From assembly GCA_040954595.2 (NCBI GenBank), contig CM082594.2, forward strand, positions 394,208 through 458,207: a stretch of 64,000 nucleotides of DNA. Direction: 5' to 3'. This document shows positions 51,024 through 64,000 of this stretch, piece after piece. Made by a program: the position numbers and the translations under genes. The notes under the pieces were generated by a model that was not told the DNA's origin, made no database searches, and saw nothing but the letters and a program-made list of their open reading frames with translations. Source of the DNA: Balanoglossus misakiensis (lineage: Eukaryota > Animalia > Hemichordata). Every line of letters begins with the position of its first letter. Positions within the stretch are counted from its first letter, which is position 1.

Positions 51024-51056
51024 AGTAGCACGTCCGTCTTTTCTCCACTGTCTATG
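51024..51056 (-). repeat. Right terminal inverted repeat (33 bp)
   Basis: AGTAGCACGTCCGTCTTTTCTCCACTGTCTATG followed by TSD GTCTGTC. Confidence 0.98.
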
Positions 51057-54000
51057 GTCTGTCAAAGTGTGCCGGGGTTTTAGTCGAGCCAAGCCGTAGG
51101 AGATCAGACTTGATCAACGTGGTCTCTGTACGCGTGTTTCTGCTCTAGAGTGCCGGGGCTTTATCCAACCCATGCCGTAGAAAATCTGACTTGATCACCG
51201 TTGCTAACGTACGCTAGTGTCTGTCATATTGTGACGGAGATTTAGCCGAGCCAGGCCGTAGAAAAATCGACTTGTTCAACGTTACCAGTGTGCAACTGTT
51301 TCTGCTCTAGAGTGTCAGGGTTTTAGCCGACTTATGCTGTAGGAAATCTTAGTTGATGACGGGAATTCAATGTTAGAAAACCCGTGTGGAAAGTATCTCT
51401 ACCCGTTTGAAACTAAGAAAAGAATTTATTCTTATTTATTTTGTAAAAAAGACAATTTTTCGAAAAAAAGTCGAAAAATTGCAATTTTGTCTTGGGTGAT
51501 TCAAATTATACCGCCTTTTCTGGAATTTGCAGCACTTTTTACAAGAGAACGACACTTCATGCTCCATAATATTTCCGAAAATGAAGAAAAGAGTTTATTT
51601 TTTATGATTTTTTAAAAATGTACCATTTTGTCAAAATATGGCCAAAATGGCTATTTTTTCTTGAATTCCGTCAATATCTCTGCATTTTTGGAGTGGTCGA
51701 AAGTTTTAACATACAATCAACATGTCATATATGATCAGGGCACCAAATTCGAAGAACGAAGGTTTTTTTATTTTATTTTTCTAAAAATGACATTTTCAAG
51801 AAAAATTTGGTAAAACGCAATTTTGTCTGCAGTGAGCCAAATTAGACGGTCTTTTGTGGAATTTGTATCGATATATATATACGAAGAGCATTCTATACTC
51901 CATCAGATTTCCGAAAATGTAGAAAACAGGTATTTTTGTAATTTTCAAAAATTTACCATTTTGACCAAATTGTGGTTAAAATTGTTATTTTCGTGTTGAA
52001 TGCCGCCAGTGTCACTGCTTTTAAAAGTCATAAAAACTTTTAACATGCAAGCAATTGTTTATATATGATCAGGTCACCGAATTAAAAATATAAAGAATGG
52101 TTTGCCTAAAAATGACCTTTTTGGTGCAAAAACGAATAAAACGCAATTTTGTATTAAATCAGTTCATTCAGAGTGCATGTTTTATAATAAGCACCATTTT
52201 TACATATAATGGAAATTTCATACATCATCAGATATCCAAATATGAAAAAATGATTTAGATTTTAGATGATTGTCCAAAATTAGCTGATATCTAATACATG
52301 TAGTATTGAACCGTTCTGTCCCCCCCCCCCCCCCCTTACATTATATGCGGTACGCCGATGTCAGCTTACCCGGCAGTACTGTAGGCCGTGCCCCCAACAA
52401 ACGTCGGTGTTTGAAACGCCCTGGTTAAATTCGGGCTCTCTCTATAAATTGACAGGCAATAATGCAGTCCTACCCGAACAAATGTCGAGTGTTGACCCGC
52501 TGTGACTTTCCCTCTTCGGTTTGCCCGACTTAGCCAACGTCTTTGTACTAATGTGTCGGGTCTTTTGCAGAGCCAGGCCGAAGGAAATCCGACTTGATCA
52601 CCGTTGCTAACGAACGCTAGTGTCTGTCATGGTGTGCCGGGGTTTTAGAAGAGCCAGGCCGTAGGAGATCTGACTTGATCATCGTGGTCAATGTACGCGT
52701 GTTTCCGCTCTAAAGTGCCGGGGCTTCAGCTAAACCATGCCGTAGGAAATCCGACGTAATCACCGTTGATAACTTACGCCAGTCTGTGTCATATAGAGCC
52801 GGTGCACCAGCCGAATCACGCCGTAGGAAATCTGACTTGATCAACGTGGTCAATGTACGCCTGTTTCTGCTCTAGAGTGCCGGGGCTTCAGCTGAGCCAG
52901 GCCGTAGGAAACCCGACGTGATTACCGTTGTTAACTTACGCCAGTCTGTGTCCTATATATAGTGCCGGGGCATCAGCCGTGCCAGGCCGAAGGAAATGTG
53001 AGTAGATCAACGTGGTCTCTGTACGCGTGTTTCTGCTCTAGAGTGCCCGGGCTTTATCCAAGCCATGCCGTAGAAAATCTGACTTGATCACCGTTGCTAA
53101 CGTACGATAGTGTCTGTCATAGTGTGCCGGGGTTTTAGTCGAGCCAAGCCGTAGGAGATCAGACTTCATCAACGTGGTCTCTGTACGCGTGTTTCTGCTC
53201 TAGAGTGCCGGGGCTTTATCCGAGCTATGCCGTAGAAAATCTGACTTGATCACCGTTGCTAACTTACGCTAGTGTCTGTCATATTGTGACGGAGATTTAG
53301 CCGAGCCAGGCCGTAGAAAAATCGACTTGTTCAACGTTACCAGTGTGCAACTGTTTCTGCTCTAGAGTGTCAGGGTTTTAGCCGACTTGTGCTGTAGGAA
53401 ATCTGAGTTGATGAACGGGAATTCAATGTTAGAAAACCCGTGTGTAAAGTATCTCTACCCGTTTGAAACTAAGAAAAGAATTTATTCTTATTTATTTTGT
53501 GAAACAAGACAATTTTTCGAAAAAAAGTCGAAAATGGTAATTTTGTCTTGGGTGATTCAAATTATACCACATTTTCTGGAATTTGCAGCACTTTTTACAA
53601 GAGAACGACACTTCATGCTCCATAATATTTCCGAAAATGAAGAAAAGAGTTTATTTTTTATGATTTTTTAAAAATGTACCATTTTGTCAAAATATGGCCA
53701 AAATGGCTATTTTTTCTTGAATTCCGTCAATATCTCTGCATTTTTGGAGTGGTCGAAAGTTTTAACATACAATCAACATGTCATATATGATCAGGGCACC
53801 AAATTCGAAGAACGAAGGTTTTTTTATTTTATTTTTCTAAAAATGACATTTTCAAGGAAAATTTGGTAAAACGCAATTTTGTCTGCAGTGAGCCAAATTA
53901 GACGGTCTTTTGTGGAATTTGTATCGATATATATATACGAAGAGCATTCTATACTCCATCAGATTTCCGAAAATGTAGAAAACAGGTATTTTTTGTAATT

Positions 54001-57000
54001 TTCAAAAATTTACCATTTTGACCAAATTGTGGTTAAAATTGTTATTTTCGTGTTGAATGCCGCCAGTGTCACTGCTTTTAAAAGTCATAAAAACTTTTAA
54101 CATGCAAGCAATTGCTTATATATGATCAGGCCACCGAATTAAAAAAATAAAGAATGTTTTGCCTAAAAATGACCTTTTTGGTGCAAAAACGATTAAAACG
54201 CAATTTTGTATTAAATCAGCTCATTCAGAGTGCATTTTTTATAATCAGCACCATTTTTACATATATTGGAAATTTCATACATCACCAGATATCCAAATAT
54301 GAAAAAATGATTTAGATTTTAGATGATTGTCCAAAATTAGCTGATATCTAATAAATGTAGTATTGAACCGTTCTGTCCCCCCCTACATTATATGCGGTAC
54401 GCCGATGTCAGCTTACCCGGCAGTACTGCAGGCCGTGCCCCCAAATAACGTCGGTGTGTGAAACGCCCTGGTTAAATTCGGGCTTTCTCTATAAATTGAC
54501 AGGCAATAATGCAGTCCTACCCGAACAAATGTCGAGTGTTGACCCGCTGTGACTTTCCCTCTTCGGTTTGCCCGACTTAGCCAACGTCTTTGTACTAATG
54601 TGTCGGGTCTTTTGCAGAGCCAGGCCGAAGGAAATCCGACTTGATCACCGTTGCTAACGAACGCTAGTGTCTGTCATGGTGTGCCGGGGTTTTAGTCGAG
54701 CCAGGCCGTAGGAGATCTGACTTGATCATCGTGGTCAATGTACGCGTGTTTCCGCTCTAAAGTGCCGGGGCTTCAGCTAAACCATGCCGTAGGAAATCCG
54801 ACGTAATCACCGTTGATAACTTACGCCAGTCTGTGTCATATAGAGCCGGTGCACCAGCCGAATCACGCCGTAGGAAATCTGACTTGATCAACGTGGTCAA
54901 TGTACGCCTGTTTCTGCTCTAGAGTGCCGGGGCTTCAGCTGAGCCAGGCCGTAGGAAACCCGACGTGATTACCGTTGTTAACTTACGCCAGTCTGTGTCC
55001 TATATATAGTGCCGGGGCATCAGCCGTGCCAGGCCGAAGGAAATGTGAGTAGATCAACGTGGTCTCTGTACGCGTGTTTCTGCTCTAGAGTGCCGGGGCT
55101 TTATCCAAGCCATGCCGTAGAAAATCTGACTTGATCACCGTTGCTAACGTACGATAGTGTCTGTCATAGTGTGCCGGGGTTTTAGTCGAGCCAAGCCGTA
55201 GGAGATCAGACTTCATCAACGTGGTCTCTGTACGCGTGTTTCTGCTCTAGAGTGCCGGGGCTTTATCCAAGCCATGCCGTAGAAAATCTGACTTGATCAC
55301 CGTTGCTAACGTACGCTAGTGTCTGTCATATTGTGACGGAGATTTAGCCGAGCCAGGCCGTAGAAAAATCGACTTGTTCAACGTTACCAGTGTGCAACTG
55401 TTTCTGCTCTAGAGTGTCAGGGTTTTAGCCGACTTATGCTGTAGGAAATCTGAGTTGATGAACGGGAATTCAATGTTAGAAAACCCGTGTGGAAAGTATC
55501 TCCTCCCGTTTGAAACTAAGAAAAGAATTTATTCTTATTTATTTTGTTAAAAAGACAATTTTTCGAAAAAAAGTCGAAAATGGTAATTTTGTCTTGGGTG
55601 ATTCAAATTATACCACCTTTTCTGGAATTTGCAGCACTTTTTACAAGAGAACGACACTTCATGCTCCATAATATTTCCGAAAATGAAGAAAATAGTTAAT
55701 TTTTTATGATTTTTTAAAAATTTACCATTTTTGTCAAAATATGGCCAAAATGGCTATTTTTTCTTGAATTCCGTCAATATCTCTGCATTTTTGGAGTGGT
55801 CGAAAGTTTTAACATACAATCAACATGTCATATATGATCAGGGCACCAAATTCGAAGAACGAAGGTTTTTTTATTTTATTTTTCTAAAAATGACATTTTC
55901 AAGGAAAATTTGGTAAAACGCAATTTTGTCTGCAGTGAGCCAAATTAGACGGTCTTTTGTGGAATTTGTATCGATATATATATACGAAGAGCATTCTATA
56001 CTCCATCAGATTTCCGAAAATGTAGAAAACAGGTATTTTTTGTAATTTTCAAAAATTTACCATTTTGACCAAATTGTGGTTAAAATTGTTATTTTCGTGT
56101 TGAATGCCGCCAGTGTCACTGCTTTTAAAAGTCATAAAAACTTTTAACATGCAAGCAATTGCTTATATATGATCAGGCCACCGAATTAAAAAAATAAAGA
56201 ATGTTTTGCCTAAAAATGACCTTTTTGGTGCAAAAACGAATAAAACGCAATTTTGTATTAAATCAGCTCATTCAGAGTGCATTTTTTATAATCAGCACCA
56301 TTTTTACATATATTGGAAATTTCATACATCATCAGATATCCAAATATGAAAAAATGATTTAGATTTTAGATGATTGTCCAAAATTAGCTGATATCTAATA
56401 AATGTAGTATTGAACCGTTCTGTCCCCCCCCCCTACATTATATGCGGTACGCCGATGTCAGCTTACCCGGCAGTACTGCAGGCCGTGCCCCCAAATAACG
56501 TCGGTGTTTGAAACGCCCTGGTTAAATTCGGGCTTTCTCTATAAATTGACAGGCAATAATGCAGTCCTACCCGAACAAATGTCGAGTGTTGACCCGCTGT
56601 GACTTTCCCTCTTCGGTTTGCCCGACTTAGCCAATGTCTTTGTGCTAATGTGTCGGGTCTTTTGCAGAGCCAGGCCGAAGGAAATCCGACTTGATCACCG
56701 TTGCTAACGAACGCTAGTGTCTGTCATGGTGTGCCGGGGTTTTAGTCGAGCCAGGCCGTAGGAGATCTGACTTGATCATCGTGGTCAATGTACGCGTGTT
56801 TCCGCTCTAAAGTGCCGGGGCTTCAGCTAAACCATGCCGTAGGAAATCCGACGTAATCACCGTTGATAACTTACGCCAGTCTGTGTCATATAGAGCCGGT
56901 GCACCAGCCGAGTCACGCCGTAGGAAATCTTACTTGATCAACGTGGTCAATGTACGCCTGTTTCTGCTCTAGAGTGCCGGGGCTTCAGCTGAGCCAGGCC

Positions 57001-60000
57001 GTGGGAAACCCGACGTGATTACCGTTGTTAACTTACGCCAGTTTGTGTCCTATATATAGTGCCGGGGCATCAGCCGTGCCAGGCCGAAGGAAATGTGAGT
57101 AGATCAACGTGGTCTCTGTACGCGTGTTTCTCCTCTAGAGTGCCAGGGCTTTAGCCAAGCCATGCCGTAGGAAATCTGACTTGATCAACGTTGCTAACGA
57201 ACGCTAATGTCTGTCATAGTGTGCCGGGGTTTTAGTCGAGCCAAGCCGTAGGAGATCAGACTTGATCAACGTGGTCTCTGTACGCGTGTTTCTGCTCTAG
57301 AGTGCCGGGGCTTTATCCAACCCATGCCGTAGAAAATCTGACTTGATCACCGTTGCTAACGTACGCTAGTGTCTGTCATATTGTGACGGAGATTTAGCCG
57401 AGCCAGGCCGTAGAAAAATCGACTTGTTCAACGTTACCAGTGTGCAACTGTTTCTGCTCTAGAGTGTCAGGGTTTTAGCCGACTTATGCTGTAGGAAATC
57501 TTAGTTGATGACGGGAATTCAATGTTAGAAAACCCGTGTGGAAAGTATCTCTACCCGTTTGAAACTAAGAAAAGAATTTATTCTTATTTATTTTGTAAAA
57601 AAGACAATTTTTCGAAAAAAAGTCGAAAAATTGCAATTTTGTCTTGGGTGATTCAAATTATACCGCCTTTTCTGGAATTTGCAGCACTTTTTACAAGAGA
57701 ACGACACTTCATGCTCCATAATATTTCCGAAAATGAAGAAAAGAGTTTATTTTTTATGATTTTTTAAAAATGTACCATTTTGTCAAAATATGGCCAAAAT
57801 GGCTATTTTTTCTTGAATTCCGTCAATATCTCTGCATTTTTGGAGTGGTCGAAAGTTTTAACATACAATCAACATGTCATATATGATCAGGGCACCAAAT
57901 TCGAAGAACGAAGGTTTTTTTATTTTATTTTTCTAAAAATGACATTTTCAAGAAAAATTTGGTAAAACGCAATTTTGTCTGCAGTGAGCCAAATTAGACG
58001 GTCTTTTGTGGAATTTGTATCGATATATATATACGAAGAGCATTCTATACTCCATCAGATTTCCGAAAATGTAGAAAACAGGTATTTTTTGTAATTTTCA
58101 AAAAATTACCATTTTGACCAAATTGTGGTTAAAATTGTTATTTTCGTGTTGAATGCCGCCAGTGTCACTGCTTTTAAAAGTCATAAAAACTTTTAACATG
58201 CAAGCAATTGTTTATATATGATCAGGTCACCGAATTAAAAATATAAAGAATGTTTTGCCTAAAAATGACCTTTTTGGTGCAAAAACGAATAAAACGCAAT
58301 TTTGTATTAAATCAGTTCATTCAGAGTGCATGTTTTATAATAAGCACCATTTTTACATATAATGGAAATTTCATACATCATCAGATATCCAAATATGAAA
58401 AAATGATTTAGATTTTAGATGATTGTCCAAAATTAGCTGATATCTAATAAATGTAGTATTGAACCGTTCTGTCCCCCCCCCCCCCCCCTTACATTATATG
58501 CGGTACGCCGATGTCAGCTTACCCGGCAGTACTGTAGGCCGTGCCCCCAACAAACGTCGGTGTTTGAAACGCCCTGGTTAAATTCGGGCTCTCTCTATAA
58601 ATTGACAGGCAATAATGCAGTCCTACCCGAACAAATGTCGAGTGTTGACCCGCTGTGACTTTCCCTCTTCGGTTTGCCCGACTTAGCCAACGTCTTTGTA
58701 CTAATGTGTCGGGTCTTTTGCAGAGCCAGGCCGAAGGAAATCCGACTTGATCACCGTTGCTAACGAACGCTAGTGTCTGTCATGGTGTGCCAGGGTTTTA
58801 GAAGAGCCAGGCCGTAGGAGATCTGACTTGATCATCGTGGTCAATGTACGCGTGTTTCCGCTCTAAAGTGCCGGGGCTTCAGCTAAACCATGCCGTAGGA
58901 AATCCGACGTAATCACCGTTGATAACTTACGCCAGTCTGTGTCATATAGAGCCGGTGCACCAGCCGAATCACGCCGTAGGAAATCTGACTTGATCAACGT
59001 GGTCAATGTACGCCTGTTTCTGCTCTAGAGTGCCGGGGCTTCAGCTGAGCCAGGCCGTAGGAAACCCGACGTGATTACCGTTGTTAACTTACGCCAGTCT
59101 GTGTCCTATATATAGTGCCGGGGCATCAGCCGTGCCAGGCCGAAGGAAATGTGAGTAGATCAACGTGGTCTCTGTACGCGTGTTTCTGCTCTAGAGTGCC
59201 GGGGCTTTATCCAAGCCATGCCGTAGAAAATCTGACTTGATCACCGTTGCTAACGTACGATAGTGTCTGTCATAGTGTGCCGGGGTTTTAGTCGAGCCAA
59301 GCCGTAGGAGATCAGACTTGATCAACGTGGTCTCTGTACGCGTGTTTCTGCTCTAGAGTGCCGGGGCTTTATCCGAGCTATGCCGTAGAAAATCTGACTT
59401 GATCACCGTTGCTAACTTACGCTAGTGTCTGTCATATTGTGACGGAGATTTAGCCGAGCCAGGCCGTAGAAAAATCGACTTGTTCAACGTTACCAGTGTG
59501 CAACTGTTTCTGCTCTAGAGTGTCAGGGTTTTAGCCGACTTGTGCTGTAGGAAATCTGAGTTGATGAACGGGAATTCAATGTTAGAAAACCCGTGTGTAA
59601 AGTATCTCTACCCGTTTGAAACTAAGAAAAGAATTTATTCTTATTTATTTTGTGAAACAAGACAATTTTTCGAAAAAAAGTCGAAAATGGTAATTTTGTC
59701 TTGGGTGATTCAAATTATACCACATTTTCTGGAATTTGCAGCACTTTTTACAAGAGAACGACACTTCATGCTCCATAATATTTCCGAAAATGAAGAAAAG
59801 AGTTTATTTTTTATGATTTTTTAAAAATGTACCATTTTGTCAAAATATGGCCAAAATGGCTATTTTTTCTTGAATTCCGTCAATATCTCTGCATTTTTGG
59901 AGTGGTCGAAAGTTTTAACATACAATCAACATGTCATATATGATCAGGGCACCAAATTCGAAGAACGAAGGTTTTTTTATTTTATTTTTCTAAAAATGAC

Positions 60001-63000
60001 ATTTTCAAGGAAAATTTGGTAAAACGCAATTTTGTCTGCAGTGAGCCAAATTAGACGGTCTTTTGTGGAATTTGTATCGATATATATATACGAAGAGCAT
60101 TCTATACTCCATCAGATTTCCGAAAATGTAGAAAACAGGTATTTTTTGTAATTTTCAAAAATTTACCATTTTGACCAAATTGTGGTTAAAATTGTTATTT
60201 TCGTGTTGAATGCCGCCAGTGTCACTGCTTTTAAAAGTCATAAAAACTTTTAACATGCAAGCAATTGCTTATATATGATCAGGCCACCGAATTAAAAAAA
60301 TAAAGAATGTTTTGCCTAAAAATGACCTTTTTGGTGCAAAAACGATTAAAACGCAATTTTGTATTAAATCAGCTCATTCAGAGTGCATTTTTTATAATCA
60401 GCACCATTTTTACATATATTGGAAATTTCATACATCACCAGATATCCAAATATGAAAAAATGATTTAGATTTTAGATGATTGTCCAAAATTAGCTGATAT
60501 CTAATAAATGTAGTATTGAACCGTTCTGTCCCCCCCTACATTATATGCGGTACGCCGATGTCAGCTTACCCGGCAGTACTGCAGGCCGTGCCCCCAAATA
60601 ACGTCGGTGTGTGAAACGCCCTGGTTAAATTCGGGCTTTCTCTATAAATTGACAGGCAATAATGCAGTCCTACCCGAACAAATGTCGAGTGTTGACCTGC
60701 TGTGACTTTCCCTCTTCGGTTTGCCCGACTTAGCCAACGTCTTTGTACTAATGTGTCGGGTCTTTTGCAGAGCCAGGCCGAAGGAAATCCGACTTGATCA
60801 CCGTTGCTAACGAACGCTAGTGTCTGTCATGGTGTGCCGGGGTTTTAGTCGAGCCAGGCCGTAGGAGATCTGACTTGATCATCGTGGTCAATGTACGCGT
60901 GTTTCCGCTCTAAAGTGCCGGGGCTTCAACTAAACCATGCCGTAGGAAATCCGACGTAATCACTCTGTGTCATATAGAGCCGGTGCACCAGCCGAATCAC
61001 GCCGTAGGAAATCTGACTTGATCAACGTGGTCAATGTACGCCTGTTTCTGCTCTAGAGTGCCGGGGCTTCAGCTGAGCCAGGCCGTAGGAAACCCGACGT
61101 GATTACCGTTGTTAACTTACGCCAGTCTGTGTCCTATATATAGTGCCGGGGCATCAGCCGTGCCAGGCCGAAGGAAATGTGAGTAGATCAACGTGGTCTC
61201 TGTACGCGTGTTTCTGCTCTAGAGTGCCGGGGCTTTATCCAAGCCATGCCGTAGAAAATCTGACTTGATCACCGTTGCTAACGTACGATAGTGTCTGTCA
61301 TAGTGTGCCGGGGTTTTAGTCGAGCCAAGCCGTAGGAGATCAGACTTCATCAACGTGGTCTCTGTACGCGTGTTTCTGCTCTAGAGTGCCGGGGCTTTAT
61401 CCAAGCCATGCCGTAGAAAATCTGACTTGATCACCGTTGCTAACGTACGCTAGTGTCTGTCATATTGTGACGGAGATTTAGCCGAGCCAGGCCATAGAAA
61501 AATCGACTTGTTCAACGTTACCAGTGTGCAACTGTTTCTGCTCTAGAGTGTCAGGGTTTTAGCCGACTTATGCTGTAGGAAATCTGAGTTGATGAACGGG
61601 AATTCAATGTTAGAAAACCCGTGTGGAAAGTATCTCCTCCCGTTTGAAACTAAGAAAAGAATTTATTCTTATTTATTTTGTTAAAAAGACAATTTTTCGA
61701 AAAAAAGTCGAAAATGGTAATTTTGTCTTGGGTGATTCAAATTATACCACCTTTTCTGGAATTTGCAGCACTTTTTACAAGAGAACGACACTTCATGCTC
61801 CATAATATTTCCGAAAATGAAGAAAATAGTTAATTTTTTATGATTTTTTAAAAATTTACCATTTTTGTCAAAATATGGCCAAAATGGCTATTTTTTCTTG
61901 AATTCCGTCAATATCTCTGCATTTTTGGAGTGGTCGAAAGTTTTAACATACAATCAACATGTCATATATGATCAGGGCACCACATTTGAAGAACAAAGGT
62001 TTTTTTATTTTTTTTTCTAAAAATGACATTTTCAAGGAAAATTTGGTAAAACGCAATTTTGTCTGCAGTGAGCCAAATTAGACGGTCTTTTGTGGAATTT
62101 GTATCGATATATACATACGAAGAGCATTCTATACTCCATCAGATTTCCAAAAATGTAGAAAACAGGTATTTTTTGTAATTTTCAAAAATTTACCATTTTG
62201 ACCAAATTGTGGCTAAAATTGTTATTTTCGTGTTGAATGCCGCCAGTGTCACTGCTTTTAAAAGTCATAAAAACTTTTAACATACAAGCAATTGTTTATA
62301 TATGATCAGGTCACCGAATTAAAAAAATAAAGAATGTTTTGCCTAAAAATGACCTTTTTGGTGCAAAAACGAATAAAACGCAATTTTGTATTAAATCAGC
62401 TCATTCAGAGTGCATTTTTTATAATCAGCACCATTTTTACATATATTGGAAATTTCATACATCATCAGATATCCAAATATGAAAAAATGATTTAGATTTT
62501 AGATGATTGTCCAAAATTAGCTGATATCTAATAAATGTAGTATTGAACCGTTCTGTCCCCCCCCCTACATTATATGCGGTACGCCGATGTCAGCTTACCC
62601 GGCAGTACTGCAGGCCGTGCCCCCAAATAACGTCGGTGTGTGAAACGCCCTGGTTAAATTCGGGCTTTCTCTATAAATTAACAGGCAATAATGCAGTCCT
62701 ACCCGAACAAATGTCGAGTGTTGACCCGCTGTGACTTTCCCTCTTCGGTTTGCCCGACTTAGCCAACGTCTTTGTACTAGAGGGTCGGGTCTTTTGCCGA
62801 GCCAGGCCGAAGGAAATCCGACTTGATCACCGTTGCTAACGAACGCTAGTGTCTGTCATGGTGTGCCGGGGTTTTAGTCGAACCAGGCCGTAGGAAATCT
62901 GACTTGATCAACGTGGTCAATGTACGCGTGTTTCCGCTCTAAAGTGCCGGGGCTTCAGCTAAACCATGCCGTAGGAAATCCGACGTAATCACCGTTGATA

Positions 63001-64000
63001 ACTTACGCCAGTCTGTGTCATATAGAGCCGGTGCACCAGCCGAATCACGCCGTAGGAAATCTGACTTGATCAACGTGGTCAATGTACGCCTGTTTCTGCT
63101 CTAGAGTGCCGGGGCTTCAGCTGAGCCAGGCCGTAGGAAACCCGACGTGATTACCGTTGTTAACTTACGCCAGTCTGTGTCCTATATATAGTGCCGGGGC
63201 ATCAGCCGTGCCAGGCCGAAGGAAATGTGAGTAGATCAACGTGGTCTCTGTACGCGTGTTTCTGCTCTAGAGTGCCGGGGCTTTATCCAAGCCATGCCGT
63301 AGAAAATCTGACTTGATCACCGTTGCTAACGTACGATAGTGTCTGTCATAGTGTGCCGGGGTTTTAGTCGAGCCAAGCCGTAGGAGATCAGACTTCATCA
63401 ACGTGGTCTCTGTACGCGTGTTTCTGCTCTAGAGTGCCGGGGCTTTATCCAAGCCATGCCGTAGAAAATCTGACTTGATCACCGTTGCTAACGTACGCTA
63501 GTGTCTGTCATATTGTGACGGAGATTTAGCCGAGCCAGGCCGTAGAAAAATCGACTTGTTCAACGTTACCAGTGTGCAACTGTTTCTGCTCTAGAGTGTC
63601 AGGGTTTTAGCCGACTTGTGCTGTTGGAAATCTGAGTTGATGAACGGGAATTCAATGTTAGAAAACCCGTGTGGAAAGTATCTCCTCCCGTTTGAAACTA
63701 AGAAAAGAATTTATTCTTATTCATTTTGTTAAAAAGACAATTTTTCGAAAAAAAGTCGAAAATGGTAATTTTGTCTTGGGTGATTCAAATTATACCACCT
63801 TTTCTGGAATTTGCAGCACTTTTTACAAGAGAACGACACTTCATGCTCCATAATATTTCCGAAAATGAAGAAAATAGTTAATTTTTTATGATTTTTTAAA
63901 AATTTACCATTTTTGTCAAAATATGGCCAAAATGGCTATTTTTTCTTGAATTCCGTCAATATCTCTGCATTTTTGGAGTGGTCGAAAGTTTTAACATACA
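51057..64000 (+). repeat. Continuation of the ~2.05-kb satellite array (about 6.3 monomers; runs past window end)
   Basis: Resumes in register after the TSD; poly-C tracts at ~52320, 54377, 56424, 58473, 60530, 62557. Confidence 0.99.

Larger units (their letters stand above)
41743..51056 (-). mobile_element. P-superfamily DNA transposon, 9314 bp, apparently intact, two convergent genes
   Basis: Perfect 33-bp TIRs; 7-bp TSD GTCTGTC at 41736-41742 and 51057-51063; matching empty site ctaatgtctgtcaaagtg at ~35584; encodes a P-type transposase. Confidence 0.96.

Noticed and set aside
12802-63853. Recurrent 60-94 aa ORFs (MESISTRL..., MCCRKSEL..., MSKYGQNG..., MNRSVPPP...)
   Set aside because: They are translations of satellite DNA, often with non-ATG starts, and appear or vanish with homopolymer indels. 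No recognisable domains.

Overview
Eukaryotic, most likely invertebrate animal, heterochromatin-like DNA. About three quarters of the window is a tandem array of a ~2.05-kb composite satellite (about 23 monomers). Each monomer has ~10.5 copies of an 81-bp GC-rich subrepeat, ~2.7 diverged copies of a ~335-bp AT-rich repeat, a poly-C tract and a ~250-bp unique segment. The array flips orientation at ~10,950. Insertions in it: (1) a BEL/Pao LTR retrotransposon (2043-8974, minus strand) with an open 2062-aa ORF but no 3' LTR and no integrase CxxC; (2) three co-amplified copies of a 187-bp L2-LINE 3' fragment; (3) an apparently intact 9314-bp P-superfamily DNA transposon (41743-51056; perfect 33-bp TIRs, 7-bp TSD). 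The P element is the main finding. It carries two convergent spliced genes: a ~964-aa catalytic transposase with no THAP domain and no C-terminal domain, and a ~468-aa protein with a C2H2 zinc finger plus a region resembling the missing P-transposase C-terminal domain. This suggests a split, two-component P transposase. The element also contains its own excision footprints and asymmetric subterminal inverted repeats. All protein family assignments are from motifs recognised by eye, not database searches. The many short ORFs in the satellite are judged spurious.
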